Source: Octopus sinensis
Taxonomy: Eukaryota
Assembly: GCF_006345805.1 (NCBI RefSeq)
Contig: NC_042997.1
Coordinates: forward strand, 87,792,001 to 87,856,000
Length of the DNA stretch: 64,000 nucleotides
Direction: 5' to 3'
Below the pieces are notes generated by a model. It did not search any database, was not told the origin of the DNA, and saw only the letters and a program-made list of their open reading frames with translations. Below are positions 49,208 through 63,560 of this stretch, piece by piece. Both the position numbers and the translations under genes were made by a program. Numbering within the stretch: position 1 is the first letter of the stretch; each line of letters opens with the position of its first letter.

Positions 49208-50115
49208 TGACACTTGTGAAGACCTGTTGAGGCAAGTGATAATAATAATAATAATAATAATCATAATCAAATCAAATCAAAACAAATCAAAATAGATGAA
49301 CATCAATGGAATTTGTATCTTTGTGGTACCAATGCCAGTGGCACACAAGAAAACCATCCGAACGTGGCGGTAGCCAGTACCACATCGACTGGCCTCCGTG
49401 CTGTGGGCACGTAACAAACACCATCCGATCGTGGCCGTTCGCCAGCCTCATTTGGCACCTGTGTTGTTGGCACATAAAAACACCATCCAAAGACCCGGCA
49501 AGACTAGTCAGGCCATAACCCGTGGCCCCTACCTGGGATGTAGTCAGTCCACCTGTGCATACCTTCCTTCTTATGACACTTGTGAAGACCTGTTGAGGCA
49601 AGTATGTGACACTTGTGAAGACCTGTTGAGGCAAGTGTGTGACAGTTGTGAAGACCTGTTGAGGCAAGTGAAAATCAAACCAAATCAAAATAGATGAACA
49701 TCAATGGAATTTGTATCTTTGTGGTACCAGTGCCGGTGGCACACAACAAAACCATCCGAACGTGGCCGTAGCCAGTACCGCATCGACTGGCCTCCGTGCT
49801 GTGGGCACGTAACAAACACCATCCGATCGTGGCCGTTCGCCAGCCTCATCTGGCACTTGTGTCGGTGGCACATAAAAACACCATACGAGTGTGGCCGTTC
49901 GCCAGCCTCGTCTGGCACCTGTGTCGGTGGCACATAAAATCACCCACTACACTCTCGGAGTGGTTGGCGTTAGGAAGGGCATCCAGCTGTAGAAACACTG
50001 CCAGATCTGACTGGCCTGGTGCAGCCTTCGGGCTCCCCAGACTCCAGTTGAACCGTCCAACCCATGCTAGCATGGAAAGCGGACGTTAAATGAGAATGAT
50101 GATGATGATGATGAT
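49208..50115 (+). mobile_element. Family C retroposon 3' UTR with a 398 bp internal duplication and a 33 bp triplication
   Basis: 49291-49465 is repeated from 49689. TGACACTTGTGAAGACCTGTTGAGGCAAGT occurs at 49208, 49574, 49607 and 49640 (the last with one mismatch). (GAT)n tail. Confidence 0.88.
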
Positions 50116-50618
50116 GAATGTGATGGCTAAATGGCTAAGTTGTTGGATTACAAGCCAAATGAGAATAAACAGTAATCTTCTTGTCACACTGTACCAACAT
50201 TGACATTCTTTCCATTTCATTGCTGAGTGGTGTAGCTATTAAAAAAAATATTGAGTATTTTCAACCAGAATAGTTCCATAGCAATTGATGTATGTTCAGA
50301 GTTGCCCTTTGGCTTTTTGAATTTGTATGAATGTTTATGTATTGTATGAAGAGATATAAGAGAAGAGTGAATGAGTCAGAATATATATAGCATTGGTAGG
50401 AATATCTAAAGATTTTAAAACTTCTTTGTAACAGATATTATATTTGTTTTAACTGCTGGAATCTTGAAGTTAACAAGACTGATATAGATGCAGTCTATTC
50501 TTCTAATAGTTTATACAAAGCTATCTTAATAACTATTGCTAAGTAAAACCTTGTAATACCTACTCCACTAAATTTGTTTTGAGGAATAGCTCATTCTTAA
50601 TCTTTTTAAAATGTTGTT

Positions 50619-50620
50619 AA

Positions 50621-50675
<55 letters not shown>
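50619..50675. repeat. (TAAA)n tetranucleotide tract
   Basis: Directly visible. Confidence 0.95.
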
Positions 50676-51874
50676 CTATGGTTTAATTGAGTTACATTTG
50701 ATAATTTACTAAACTGTATCTAACCAAGACCACACATGAGCAATTATTTTATGAAGGATCATGCTATGAACTAATTGATGAGAAACAATCACAGAAATTT
50801 AAAATAATTATATGCATAGGAATAAGATTTTATGATGTTCAAGGATTTTCCAAGGCAGCAGTATTGACACATGCAAATTGATATCTTCAAATATTTTGTC
50901 TTTATATTTAATGATGAAATGTATGAAAACATGTATAAAGAAATATTTTTTATGCATTTAAAAAATTAATTTTACTGATGTTCATTGTTTTTTTAAAACA
51001 CTGTTCCTGGAGCTAACTTGTTATGACATTGTTTTCTTAGAAAAACAAGGGAAAATCTTCCTTGTTGCCTTCAAGTCAAAGATTTTTAGTGAAAGAAAAA
51101 TGGGAGAAGTTATCTAAATTATGTGAGGGGATATAACAACTCTGAGAGATATTGTGAACTCTGCTGGAAATTAGCTTTTAATCAATTTTGCTTGCACTGA
51201 CAATTAATGTACAACTGCTTGATAAATAAGGTTTTTATGTCCTGACAAATAATATAATGCCCTGCTTAAACTAAGATACTATTAGATCACTTTGTTTTAA
51301 ATGTTTTTAAATGTCTTAGTTTGAGGAAGACTGAGAGCATGGTCTTTACAGCATCTCCAAGACTGATGGGGATAGAGGGAGTTATTTTTCAAAAAGAGGT
51401 CTGATTTGAATGTTTTTAGGTATCTTTTAGATGCCTTCGTCAAACCCTGCTGAAGACACCTAAGACCCAATTGAGTGGTATTAAACTGGGTGATGTATTT
51501 AATCTATTACTTACAAACATGAATGATAACTTTGATGGGCCTCCTTACAATTTCCATCTATCAAATTCCATTTACAAGGCTTTGGTTGATCTGAGACTGT
51601 AGTAGAAACACTTTTTCCATGTGCTGTATAGCAGAATTAATTCGAAAAACCAGAAAATTGTGAAGTGAACTTCTTAATTATTTGACTATAAATGTGTGGA
51701 AGTCCAGAGTGTTGGCCATAAAGATGCTTCTCTATTAGACCCATATTAGGGCATTCTCACACATATGGGATGCTGATACTATGTACATACAGACATCCTA
51801 AATTGTATTAAAGAAAACGTCTTTCAAATGACTGGCTAAGATTCACTTATTAGCATGCTGTAACCACTGGTTCT

Positions 51875-52110
51875 CAGATGCTCAGTTTCCTTTCTTTGCC
51901 CCATTAGTCTCATATTATAAAAGAGAGGCTGATCTCTGTGTGTTCATAAAAACATCTGTGTGGAGAGAGCGAAAAAGGGAAGGTTGAATTGTATCTACCT
52001 GGCCCAGTCTTCATACATGGACAATTTTATGTTGCTAACAGTACAGTGGGGGACACTGAAAACCAGTGCAAATATACAGACAAGGAATGTTGTTTATCAT
52101 AAAGTTATCT
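51875..52110 (+). mobile_element. Helitron PIF1-helicase C-terminal remnant
   Basis: YLPGPVFIHGQFYVANSTVG and TRNVVYHKV, corresponding to helicase motif VI and the usual RepHel end. Confidence 0.65.
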
Positions 52111-53309
52111 TATGAGATGTTCTCCATTAACTATACTTATTCTGTAGAATATGAAAAAAAGTATTTTAAATAAACATTATTGTTTAACAGTATTCAAACT
52201 GTTATTAATGTCCACCAAGAAAGTAAGTCTAAACATTCTTTGCACAATTTATGAAGAAATGTGCATGATTAACAAATATTTTTTACCAGCAGTGTAGTGA
52301 AGGGTAATGAACCAGTTGCTACTAAAATGACTTATTTTCTTCTTAACTAACTAGTTGTATACACTTGTCACAGAGATTCACCCATCTTTCCTCTTGCTTT
52401 CATTCTTACTGTATCACTTCTATGACCATTTAATTAAACATTTTTCTGAAAACATTGACCAATAAATATCAAAACTGAACATCAACCACAGTAACATCTC
52501 CTGTCTGGGAAGGCCTGCAAAAGGTTGGAGTACATCTCTTCACATTCCTCCTCAGCCTAACTTATAAAATCTTCATAATCTTGCTCTTCATAAATAGGTA
52601 AGTATTTGATATGTTATCTGTACAATATTTCCAGAGATATTTACTTTATTCATGGAAGGAATTTCCATTTTAGGTTTTGGAAATAAATGAGTTTGAATTT
52701 AGCATCTTTTTTTTTTTTTTTTGAGAGAAAATCTATAGATTTGGGTGAATTTAAAGATTTCTATTTTTATGAAAGAGAATTGAATGCATAAATATTTTGT
52801 AAAATCAATAAAACTCTATAAAATATGTATGGTAATGTTTCAAAATTCTATCTTTTTATGACGAAAAGAAAAACTGAATTTAGCCTACAAGGACTAAAAC
52901 AAGGAGAGTAATTAGATGATACTGCCTAGAATGTAACATGAGTAAATCCAAAGATGCAGACTTCTATGACACAATAATTCTAATAATGATAGTAATAATA
53001 ATAATAAATCCTCTACTTTTGGCTCAAGACTAGCAATTTTGATGAGAAGGAAAGTTGATTACATTGACTCCAGTGCTCAACTGGTATTTATTTTATTGAC
53101 TCCCCCAAATGGACGAAAGATAAAATTGGTCCTGGTGGTATTTGAACTCAGAACATAAAGGGCTGGAAGAAATAACACTAAGCATTTCTGTTTGGTATGC
53201 TAACAATTCTGCCAGTTCACTATCTTAATAGTAAAAATCATTACCCTTTCTACTATAGGCACAATGCCTGAAATTTTAGAAGAGATGAATGTTTCCACCC
53301 TTCATTATC

Positions 53310-53560
53310 TCTCACCTCTTCTCTACCAACCTTGAACTGCTGGTGCTAGTGAAAAACAGATGTTCAGCTCGTACAAGTTAATCCATAAGCAGCCTGAAGC
53401 ATTTCATAAATTTCTGCAATATTTTTGCTCAGTTTAACACCAAACTTTAATGCATAGCGAGCTTCCAAATTGTTTGTGTGTCCTGATTGCATTCTGAAAA
53501 CTAGCTAACTGTGACAATCAGTGTTTCATAGGGTGTGTTCAAAGTGCTGTTACAGTCATC
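53310..53560 (-). mobile_element. Mariner transposase N-terminal remnant
   Basis: MQSGHTNNLEARYALKFGVKLSKNIAEIYEMLQAAYG...VFH, resembling the mariner HTH. Confidence 0.7.
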
Positions 53561-55389
53561 TCCTTCAGTCTGGAATAAAAAATAAGTTGGCAGGTCAGCA
53601 TACTAGATGTATAGTAATCATGTACTAAATTCACAATAATCTAGGACAATTATAACTGCCTATCCTAAAAAAAGCTCAAGTCTGGAATGCACTTTCTAGT
53701 ATAACTTCCTAACTGCAGCATAGATTTCACTATGTTGCTCAAGTTGTGATGAGAATCACTAAGTAAATTTATAGAATTATTCACTGGTTGAGTAGAAAAA
53801 TAGAATTGTTTAGAGAATACATGTGATTATAAAACCAAATATGTACCATGTTGTCTCTTGAAATAATTAAAATGATATTAGTCATTGATTGGTATTGTAA
53901 TTTTCCTTCACTGTGTAGTTAATTTTAGTTAGCATTTCAATGCTTTCTGCATTAAATATATTATCAATAATGTAATTACTGTTTTTCATGGAATTTGTGG
54001 CTGAGTTTTTTTTTATTTTCTAAGTAGATTTAACCTAGATTTGCCTCTTCGAGCCATAATAATTGGATATTCATCAGTTTCAGTAATGAATGTTCTAGTT
54101 TTCCTATCAATGGAATGGATTACTGGTTGAGTTAGCATGTAAGTGGCTGAGTATTCCATAAACAAATGTATCCTTAGCATAATTAATTTTTTAGGAATAT
54201 CTAAAACAACATTGTCTAATAACTGCATTATCTCGTGTAATTCTCTTTCTTATGATAGTGGGATGTGATGTAAGGGAGATTTTTCTTGCAGGTTGAATGA
54301 CACTAAAGAAGTTCCCTTCATTGGCTTATGATCTCTTTTTATCTATAGATGCTTTTATTCACTCAGATAAGTATGTGTATATATATATGAGGTCAATACC
54401 TGGCCAAAGGACAAAATAGTAGCTTCAAGACCACCTGAAAACCAGTTTAAAAAGAGCAACATCAACCCTTCAAGCCTAAAAGACATCACAAATACTCACT
54501 TCCTCTAGTAACTATATAACTTTGAAGATCCTCATTATCATTATCATTATCATCATCATTGTCTTTTGTCTGCTTTCCATGCTGTTATGGTTGAACAGTT
54601 TGATCAGAGCTGGCAAGCCAGGGAGTAGCACCAGGTTTCAGTCTGATTTGGTTTGGTTTCTACAGGTGGATGTCCTTCCTAATACCGACCACTTTTCAGT
54701 GTGTGCTGGGTGATTTTATATGGCATCAGTATGAGTGTTTTTTACATGGTACCAGTGCAGGACTTTTGCAGGCAAATGCTCTTCACCAGGGGAAGCAGCC
54801 TTAACACTTCTGTTGTGAAGGATGGGTCTCCTTGAGTAAAGAGTCTTCTTGAGTAGGGTGGGTCTTCTTGAATATGAAGAGCAAACACAATCAGTTACCA
54901 CCAAGAGAAGTGAAACTTAGATGCAAGATTTACCTGGCTGATCTAACCAAACCTTTACACATCCTGTATGCAACAGAAGCTGTACATTGAAGGTTGAGAT
55001 GTACAGTCATCAAAAAATCCCTGCAAATGAATGACAAGATGATTGTCATCAGATCTAATGGACAACTGTAACAAAACAAGAGTGCATATGTATCTCCTAT
55101 ACCTTGGTTTGATGCTAGAAGACTATTAAAATAGAGACTCAACACTTACTCTTTTACACCTTTCAATTATTGGACTATGGTGAAACTAATTCATGACCTT
55201 GAAGGGTTTTAATCTATTATATTGCTCCTGATAACTATTTTGTAAGTCATCAAACTATCAAGTTTTAGTCATAAGCACAACATTGTTTTCCAAGTGGTGT
55301 TGCTATAAAGATACATGTAGAAATAGGCACATATGAACACATTCACACACATGTTTGTGAGACAGGTGATAATGATGTCATTAATGTTC

Positions 55390-56180
55390 AATTTAAGCAG
55401 TTACAAGTCAACACCTTCAGTCCAGAGGGTTGATGTTCTCATGGTGTAAGGTTGGGTATAGTGGTTAGTGAGGAGAAAGGGTAGGTGGATGCACCAAGAG
55501 TGATGAGAAGTGCTGCTCAAGTGGTTGGAGGTACAAAACCATCTAGCTCCAAAGTGCAGAGGCCATAGTAGTAGTAGTAGTAGTAACATAAAAGACAGAT
55601 ATAGTAGACAGCATGCCAGTAGGCCAGAGGCTGTAGTGTGTCCATTAATGTTAGTGTGCTGGTCATCCAACTCTCGATACAATCCAGGATGCCAGACTAT
55701 GTAACAACAGCACCATCCTGGATATGAAAGCAGTACTCCTTTATAAGCCTCACTCGAGTCTTGCCAACAGTCAACAGCTGTTAAAAGCTGAAATATTTTC
55801 TAGGTGTCTGTGGGAGGCACTCTAGCTATGCTAAAGATGTGTTTTTGTTTGGAGAGATCCTTGAAGGTAGCCAGGTCCAGTATTTGGAGCAATTGTAAGA
55901 GCTTTGGCTGAGTTTTGCTCATCTTTAGAGGGAGTGTGGTGTTGTGGATTTTGTTTTTATATGAGTAGTGTTTGAGTTTTCCTGCGGTTAAAAAAGCAAG
56001 GTTGATATGGCTCCACTTGAGGATGCTTACAATGTCTCCATCTATGAAATCAATGCAGGTTTGGTATGTAGTTTATTAGTTGTTTGTGAAAGCTGCATAG
56101 TTAGAGAAGGTTAGAATGGAATGAAGGATCGTGTCATTTTGTTGGCATGTAGGTCATTGATATATAGAAGAAATCCATTC
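55390..56180 (-). mobile_element. Decayed CR1/L2-group LINE RT C-terminal half
   Basis: LYINDL...DIVSILKWSHINL...LQILDL.TFKDLS.QKHI.SIAR, followed by a 3' UTR with a (CTA)n tract. Confidence 0.6.
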
Positions 56181-58271
56181 CTTTCTAATCTGTCTCTCTT
56201 TACTCAGGAGGAACTAAACTTCAGTTATATGAAACACTTGTCAATTCTATTGTGCTACCACTGTCTACATAGGTGAGTTTCTTTTTTTTCCATCTCATTC
56301 ATCATCTATTTAATAGTAGGTGAACTGATCCATTTGTAAACTAAATACCTTGGTCTCGTCCACAATGCACTGGAATTGAACTGCCTATCTGTTGGCTAGT
56401 TATCCATTAGACTTTTAGTTTATTTATTCATGTTGTCACACTTTTTGAAATTTTAAAAAATAAGCTTTCAGGTTCTTTGTTATTTAGATTTAGTTATATG
56501 CAATAAATGTTAGTGTTGTTTCTATTGTCAGCTTTATCTAAGACGATGGGGTTTGAATCTGAAGGAAATTTAGCTGCTATTTTCTTGCAGGTCAAGCAAC
56601 CTTCTAAAGACTTTCTCATTGTTTGTTAGGTCTGTTGTGTTTATTACTGTATTAAGTCTACTGAGTTTGACAAAGATTTTAAAGTAAATATATTCTCCCA
56701 CTCACCTTTTATAATGCAGGTTGACCATGTATCTTCTGTTTGTCCCTGGTATATAGCCAGCCCTCAACTACACCCCTACATAGTTAAGAGGGCTTTTCCA
56801 TTTTCCTTTTCTTGTTCTTCCCTGCCTTGGCATGAAAAAAGCATGCTGCACTCAGTGTAAAATGGTTGGTGTTAGAAAGAGCATCCGGCCATACAAATCA
56901 TGTCAAAGCTGACATGGAGTACGATGTAGCCCTGTAGCTCACTAGATCCTGTTAAACTGTCCAATCCATGCCAGCATAAAAAGCAGATATTAAATGACAA
57001 TGATGATGGTGATGATTTCTTGAGTAGAAATCTGTGTATGTAATCAACCTCAATAGAAATTCTTAATATTCATCCCAAAGCTGACTTTACTCTGAATGGC
57101 ATATATATTGTTTTAGCATGGAAATCTTGCCACACAGGAAAGTGGTGCTGTCACATCTTAGAGCAGCTGCTGATTAATTATGTAATCTCTTCTGCCAAAA
57201 TGTGGTATAATCAATTTTTTCAGTTGTATCTTGAGGGTCTGAGGACATGACACTTTCTATGTATCAACAGGTATTTTGTAGCTAGAGAAATTGGTATCAC
57301 AAAGATCTAAATGTGATATGGTGTGGTGCAGCAGTCATTAGATCCAAAAGAGACTATGTTCCCTGTCAATCAAATACAAATTTACTGTTAAAATACTCAT
57401 GCATGTGACTTCTTTGGCATGCAGAATGTTTCTCTTCCAGGCCTCTGCTAAAGCACACATGCATGCACGTGCTTTCTCACACGCACACTCACATGATATT
57501 TAGTTTTAGTTGCTCTAAGAACATCTTGTGATGTGTGTGTGTGTGTACACTCATAAATAACTGCATGTGTGTGACTGTATGCATAAAGGCAAAAAGTGAA
57601 TTAGGAGAGAGAGACACACACAGATAAAAGAGGCAACAACCTCTTGATAAGATATATTGAAAGTGCTAAATATACAATAAAACACAGAAATAATGGATTA
57701 TTTATTTATTGTTCACTCTAATATTTAGTATAAGTATATACCTGCAGTTATTTTTTTTTTATGATATTTAGGTTTCATTCTTTCTAAAGTAATTTGTGAT
57801 TTTTAAACTATAATTTATATTCCTAAGTATGTTGTATATAGTTTTAAGCATATTTCTTACTTTCTTTACTTTTTAGATAGGATTTTAAGAATGCTTCATG
57901 TTTTTAAGAGTTTGTGAGTTTAATTTGGCTTTTTTTCCCCCCTATTTTACTTTTCCTTTTTCTTTCTATTGCCTTCTCTCTTCTTTGTTAAACTTAAGTG
58001 TCCTTAGTTTTCTAGAACTTAAAATAATCTGATTTGCTTGATTACAAACATTAGATTTATTGTTATTTTAAAAGAGTGCTTTATAGAGATGTTAATTGTT
58101 TTTTCTTTAATTCTTCCAGTTTGATTTATAGAGTGGATAATAAACAAGAAGTTTGTAGTTATTGATTTCTTTTGATTAAGCACAAATGAAACAAAGTAAT
58201 GATGAAGATGATGATGATGTTTTTGATAATAGCAATAATAACGATGGATGGATAGATGGATGGATTGATGG

Positions 58272-58292
58272 ATAATAATAATAATAATAATA

Positions 58293-58326
<34 letters not shown>
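58272..58326. repeat. (AAT)n tract
   Basis: Directly visible. Confidence 0.95.
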
Positions 58327-58328
<2 letters not shown>

Positions 58329-58859
58329 ACCTTAGTCTACTGGCTCATAAAAGGGACTGCTGCTTGCACTGTGCACTTGTTGACTGTGATTGTTAAATTG
58401 GTTATCACTACGGCAACAGAATATTTTAAAGAATTTGGAATAGATTTCAAACAACTGAAAGCTGAATCTAAGACAGTGGTAAAACTAGAAATATTATTAA
58501 TGACTCATGTGACTATGGTGTTCATCTATTACTTCTTCTTCTTAAGTTCTTCACTCTATATGGAACATAGGACATCAATGGCTTTTATCGCATTTTCTCA
58601 ATACTGGACTGTCTTTTCCTCTCTTTCCTGTCTTAGTTCTTGTTGGTTTTGAATTGTTGTTGGTGCTTCTGTAACTTTGCTTTCTTCTAGGTTGGGCCAA
58701 CAGGAAGAGATGATCTACATTAGTCAGGCTGCAATTCTTTGATCTGTCCAGCATGAGTGGTCCTACAAGGAGCTAGCATAGCCCTCAGAGACATTGAGGC
58801 ACACAAATCACTACAGCACAAACATTACTTGGCCAATACTTAACACTGAACGATGTATA

Positions 58860-59716
58860 TACAAAACGAAAAAAAAACAGTGAAAATATAAACAAGAGGG
58901 AGAAAATTAATTAAAAAGGTACTCAAAGTAGCCACCCTCTGCTTTCATCACAGCCTCAACACAGCTTGGGAATCTGGTGCATGTGTTCTTCATGGTATCC
59001 CTGGGAATATCTTCAAACACTTCCTTGATCTTGACCATCAATTCAGCCTTGGTCTTGGTATCCCTGGGAATATCTTCAAACACTTCCTTGATCTTGACCA
59101 TCAATTCAGCCTTGGTGTCTTTCTCAACTGTGTCCCACACAAAGTAATCCATGGGATTACTATAAGGGGAATTAGGAGGCCAAAAATCAGGGTTGGTGAA
59201 GTCAGAGAAATTCCCTAATAACCACTTTTGTCTCTTTCTGGAGGTATGGCAAGGAGTTGAATCTTACTGCCATACACAGACACACACATGGCTTTCCTGC
59301 AAACAATGCTCTCCAGCTCAGGTTTGATCATAGTCTCCAGTAGCTTCACACAGCCATCTGAATTGATCCTAAGGCCCTGTCCCACGATTGTTGGACAAAT
59401 TCTGACATGCAGACACAGTCCAAACACCTGTTGTGTCACTTCCTGCAGGCCACGGCTTCATAGTCTCATTGCAGCTGTCCATGTCATGTCTTACAGCCGT
59501 TATAGTGTTCACAGAACATTGAGTGGCAGTCATGATTTTGGCATTTTGATACTCGGCATACATCATCATGATACAAATAACTTTTTTTACAACATTCAGA
59601 TGGCTCCCAGTTCTTCAGCTTATGTTTTCCAATCCCATTGACTGTTTAACAATACATCAAGCTCTTTCTAAAAAACAAGAGACATAAAAATTATCAAATT
59701 TAGTTCAAACACTCTG
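58860..59716 (-). mobile_element. Second DD37D/maT-like mariner, internally deleted, same family as 14885-16103
   Basis: 5' TIR CAGAGTGTTTGAACTAAATTT on the minus strand, ending at 59716. ORF 58907-59152 reads DYFVWDTVEK...KAEGGYFE. It carries a 63 bp in-frame duplication. Confidence 0.88.
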
Positions 59717-60379
59717 TAAATAATAAATTGTGTCTATGCAGCATTTTTTTCTCTTTGAAACAGTGTTCTGTATTGTATCAAAATGTCCAACATTATCTCT
59801 CATCAGTAACGATTAGAGACACAATAAGATAGCAAAACTACTTTTATATATGCAGAAGCACTCAGTTTTGGCTTTTTAAAGAAAAGATTTTGTTGTACTC
59901 ATATGAACCATCACCTGTTTTAGAAAGTAGCAAAGCAAAGTTACATTGAATCTTTAATAGACAGACTGTCCTCAAAATAACATATAAGTCTGACATAATT
60001 TTTCCATTTCAAAAATGACAGTAATAGTCAGTATAGCAATACTAATTGACTATAATATTGTGTAGAAGCAAACAGAAAAGCTAAAGAATTACACTGATTC
60101 AACTATTGAATTAAAAACAATATAGCTGTTAAGAAATGTATCCATCAATCCATTTGCAATTAGTACAACTGAAACATCTCTAAATACATTGACAGGTTGT
60201 ATATAGAGATAGATTTAGACATGTTCTTGGTAACAGCAATATTATGTTCTGTAAATATTGTTAGAACCTTCTCACAAAGCTTATATTTACCTTAGTTATT
60301 ACAATGCATGTTTTCTAAAACACAAGTAATTATTTTTAATTTATGAAAAGAAACCTTTGTTATATATACTATTATACTA

Positions 60380-60645
60380 CAGGGTGTTCATAAATTATCT
60401 TTACAAATTCCACAATTTAGTATCTACATATGTTGCATGCAACCAATGGAGCTCACGTTTCTAATGAAACCTTATTTGTTTGCCTATGTTTTCCAATAAT
60501 CCCTACTTCCAGTTGCCAATACCACCTGCTTCTAAGGAAGATAACAGTTTTCAATAGCTGGACATGCTTTTCTTGGAGGACTGGAAATAAACAACCTTGC
60601 TTGTATGAGGATAATGCTCATTTACAACCATCATGGGATATTTAG
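60380..60645 (+). mobile_element. Tc1/mariner-type terminal fragment
   Basis: TA|CAGGGTGTTCATAAATTATC TIR-like start. Confidence 0.5.
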
Positions 60646-60724
60646 ACAAGAGTACACACATACACACACACACACACATGATGTATGTATATATATATCA
60701 TGATGATGATGATATATATATATA

Positions 60725-61069
60725 TATATCATCACCATCATCATCATCGTTTAAGGTCTGCTTTCCATGGTAGCATGGGTTGGACGATTTGACTGAGGAC
60801 TGGCTAACCAGATGGCTGCACCAGGCTCCAATCTGATCTGGCAGAGTTTCTACAGCTGGATGACCTTCCTAACACCAACCACTCCGAGAGTGTAGTGGGT
60901 GCTTTTACATGCCACTGGCATGAGGGCCAGTCAGGCAGTACTGGCAATGACCTCGGTCAAATGTTTTTCATGAGCCAGTAAGGCAACGCTGGTAATGATC
61001 ACGTTTGAACAGTGCATTTTACGTGCCACCAGCATGGAAGCCAGTCAGCTCTCTGGCAGCGATCATGCT

Positions 61070-61070
<1 letters not shown>
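60725..61070 (-). mobile_element. Family C retroposon 3' UTR copy
   Basis: The same conserved block as at 12044 and 32345. Confidence 0.85.
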
Positions 61071-61104
<34 letters not shown>

Positions 61105-61127
61105 TATATATATATACACATACTCTC

Positions 61128-61328
61128 TCTTTACTCTTTTACTTGTTTCAGCCATTTGACTGTGGTCATGCACCACCTTTAGTCGAGCAAATCAACCCCA
61201 GGACTTATTCTTTGTAAGCCTAGTACTTATTCTATCGGTCTCTTTTGCTGAACTACGCTAAGTTATGGGGACATAAACATGCCAGCATCAGTTGTCAAGC
61301 AATGGGACAAACACAGACACACAAACAC

Positions 61329-61389
<61 letters not shown>

Positions 61390-61530
61390 CATATACACAA
61401 TAGGCTTTTTTTTCAGTTCCCATCTACCAAATCTACTCACAAGGCTTTGGTCGGCCTGAGGTTACAGTAGAAGACACTTACCCAAGGTGCCACGCAGTGG
61501 GACTGAATCCGGAACCATGTGGTTGCTTAC
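61128..61530 (-). mobile_element. SINE family A copy
   Basis: Reverse complement of the family A head and tail, with an internal (CA)n. Confidence 0.88.
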
Positions 61531-63129
61531 CAACCACATGAATAAGGAAGGAAGGGGTGATGGCAAACTGGTATTGGGAGCGTTTCAACTCTGTGTGAGT
61601 AGATGTGTATATGTGTGTGTGTGTATGTACAAGGGAAGTATGTGAATGTTTGTATGTGTCAGTAACAAACGATGATTGATGTCACATCTCAAAAGACAAC
61701 CACTAGATAACACTGGCAAGTGTATTAATTTGATTTATCATCCATATTCTGTTTTGTTAAAAATAATTATTACAGTCACATACACCTACACAAACATTTA
61801 CATATACAAACTCATAAGGGAAAATAATTATTCCCTGAGTGTATCAAGAATATAAAATGATTACAATTGAAAGGTATAATATAAATTTAGTAATAAAAGA
61901 ATTATTAAACTAAAGCTTCGGTTTTGTACCTATTTATATATAAAATACTACAATTAGCCATCATTCTTGATGGCACAGGGCCAGCTAGTAAAACAATAAA
62001 ATTTATTGACTACTACAGTTTATCTCAATAAATACTTTACAGTGCTATTTATTGTATCTCAACATATACCAGACCCTGTGTTTGCTTGGGTTTTTCTACA
62101 TTTTCTGTTTACCACATTTCACTCACAAGGTATTGGTTGACCCAAGGCTATGGTAGAAGATACTGCATATACTCATGTCAAAGTTGAATTTTTGTGACTA
62201 TTATAACAAGGTGAACATTGCTTCCCAACCACATAGTTTCAGTTTCAGTCCCACTACATGAGACCTTGAGCTAGTGTCTTCTATATTGCCCCAGGCTGAC
62301 CAAAGCCATGTGAGTGGGCTTGATAGACAGAAACTGAAAGAAGCTTGTTGTATGTGTGCATGCGATCGTGTGTGTGCTTGTCCTCCCCATCCCACACCTT
62401 TTGACAGCCGGTGTTGCTTTATTTACATCCTAGTTATTTAAAGGTTTGACAAAAGAGACCAATAAGACAAGCTTAAAACTTATCACTGAGGTCAATTTGT
62501 TCAACTAAACCCTTCAAGGTGGTGCCCCTGCATAGCTGCATTCTGCAGCATAACATTTATACAAGATAATCCCTCAACCAGGAAATACTGATTTGTTAAT
62601 TTGTGAAAAGCTTGGGTCAACTGTTACATGAGGTACAAGGGAAATTTCAGAGTTGTAGCTCTCATAAAGGAGGTTGACTTTTGCATGAGCATGACTTTTA
62701 TTTGAGTATATACAATACTTAGCCAGGTTATCACAAAGTGAGATCAAACCTAGAAATGCGTGGTTGTGTTTCAAACTTCTTAATCACACAACTGTACTTA
62801 AATCTTATAGATAGAAACTAAAATAATAAAGCATAGGAGAAAATTGATAATAAGTATATTTTTCATGTAAAATCTACCATAAAATATGCTACAATCTCTG
62901 TTAGAATGTTTATAGATAGGTTTACGAAATATGCTGATTTCTATAGAAATTGTTTTCCCAAAACTGGTTGTGGTGAATAGTTCTACATATTAGCGTGGGC
63001 GCAGATCACTGTCTGTGTGTGTGTGTTCTGTAGTGCAATGCTAAACTGCATGTTCGTGAGTGTGTGTGGTGTATGTGCGAGAGTGAGAGAAAGAGAGGTT
63101 ATGTACGTGTGGAACACACTTTGCAATAT

Positions 63130-63560
63130 GCTTGTTGCTTGAGTAGGCGGAGAGAATGAGAGAATGAGCAGGAAAATAGTAAGAATGGAAGTGAGATTGA
63201 GGAAAGGAACTGTAAGGAAGGAAAGCAATAAAAATAAAGTAAGAGAATAAGTGAGTGAGGAAGGGAAGGAGGGAAGGTTGGAGGAAAGAAAGAAAGAAAG
63301 AAAGAAAAAAGGTAGGAAGAGAACAAAGAAGAATAAAGGGAAGAATAGAAAAGACAGAAGGAAAATGAATATAGGAAAAGTAGAAAAGTAAAGGAATAAG
63401 AAAAACATAAACATAAGATAGTTGTGATATAAATGAGAGAAGAAATAAAAAATGGAAGGAGGGAAAAAAGAAAGGAAAAGACAATGTAGGTGGAAAGAAA
63501 AAGAAAGAAAGAAGATAGGAAGAATGGAGGGAGAAAAGAAGAATAGAAAAATGTAATTGA
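63130..63560 (+). repeat. Purine-rich (A/G) low-complexity tract
   Basis: About 430 bp of almost only A and G with sparse T; it produces the F/L/S-rich minus-strand ORF artefact. Confidence 0.9.

Noticed and set aside
50435-50542. 108 nt open candidate exon (YYICFNCWNLEV...)
   Set aside because: The donor is weak, it does not join in frame with the next candidate (51041-51122), and I recognise no homology. It would need RNA-seq support.
52460-52600. Consensus donor AG|GTAAGT near 52598
   Set aside because: No convincing upstream acceptor or coding frame; a non-coding exon cannot be excluded without transcripts.
54013-54228. 71 aa minus-strand ORF with faint resemblance to a transposase segment
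   Set aside because: The similarity is too weak to call by eye.
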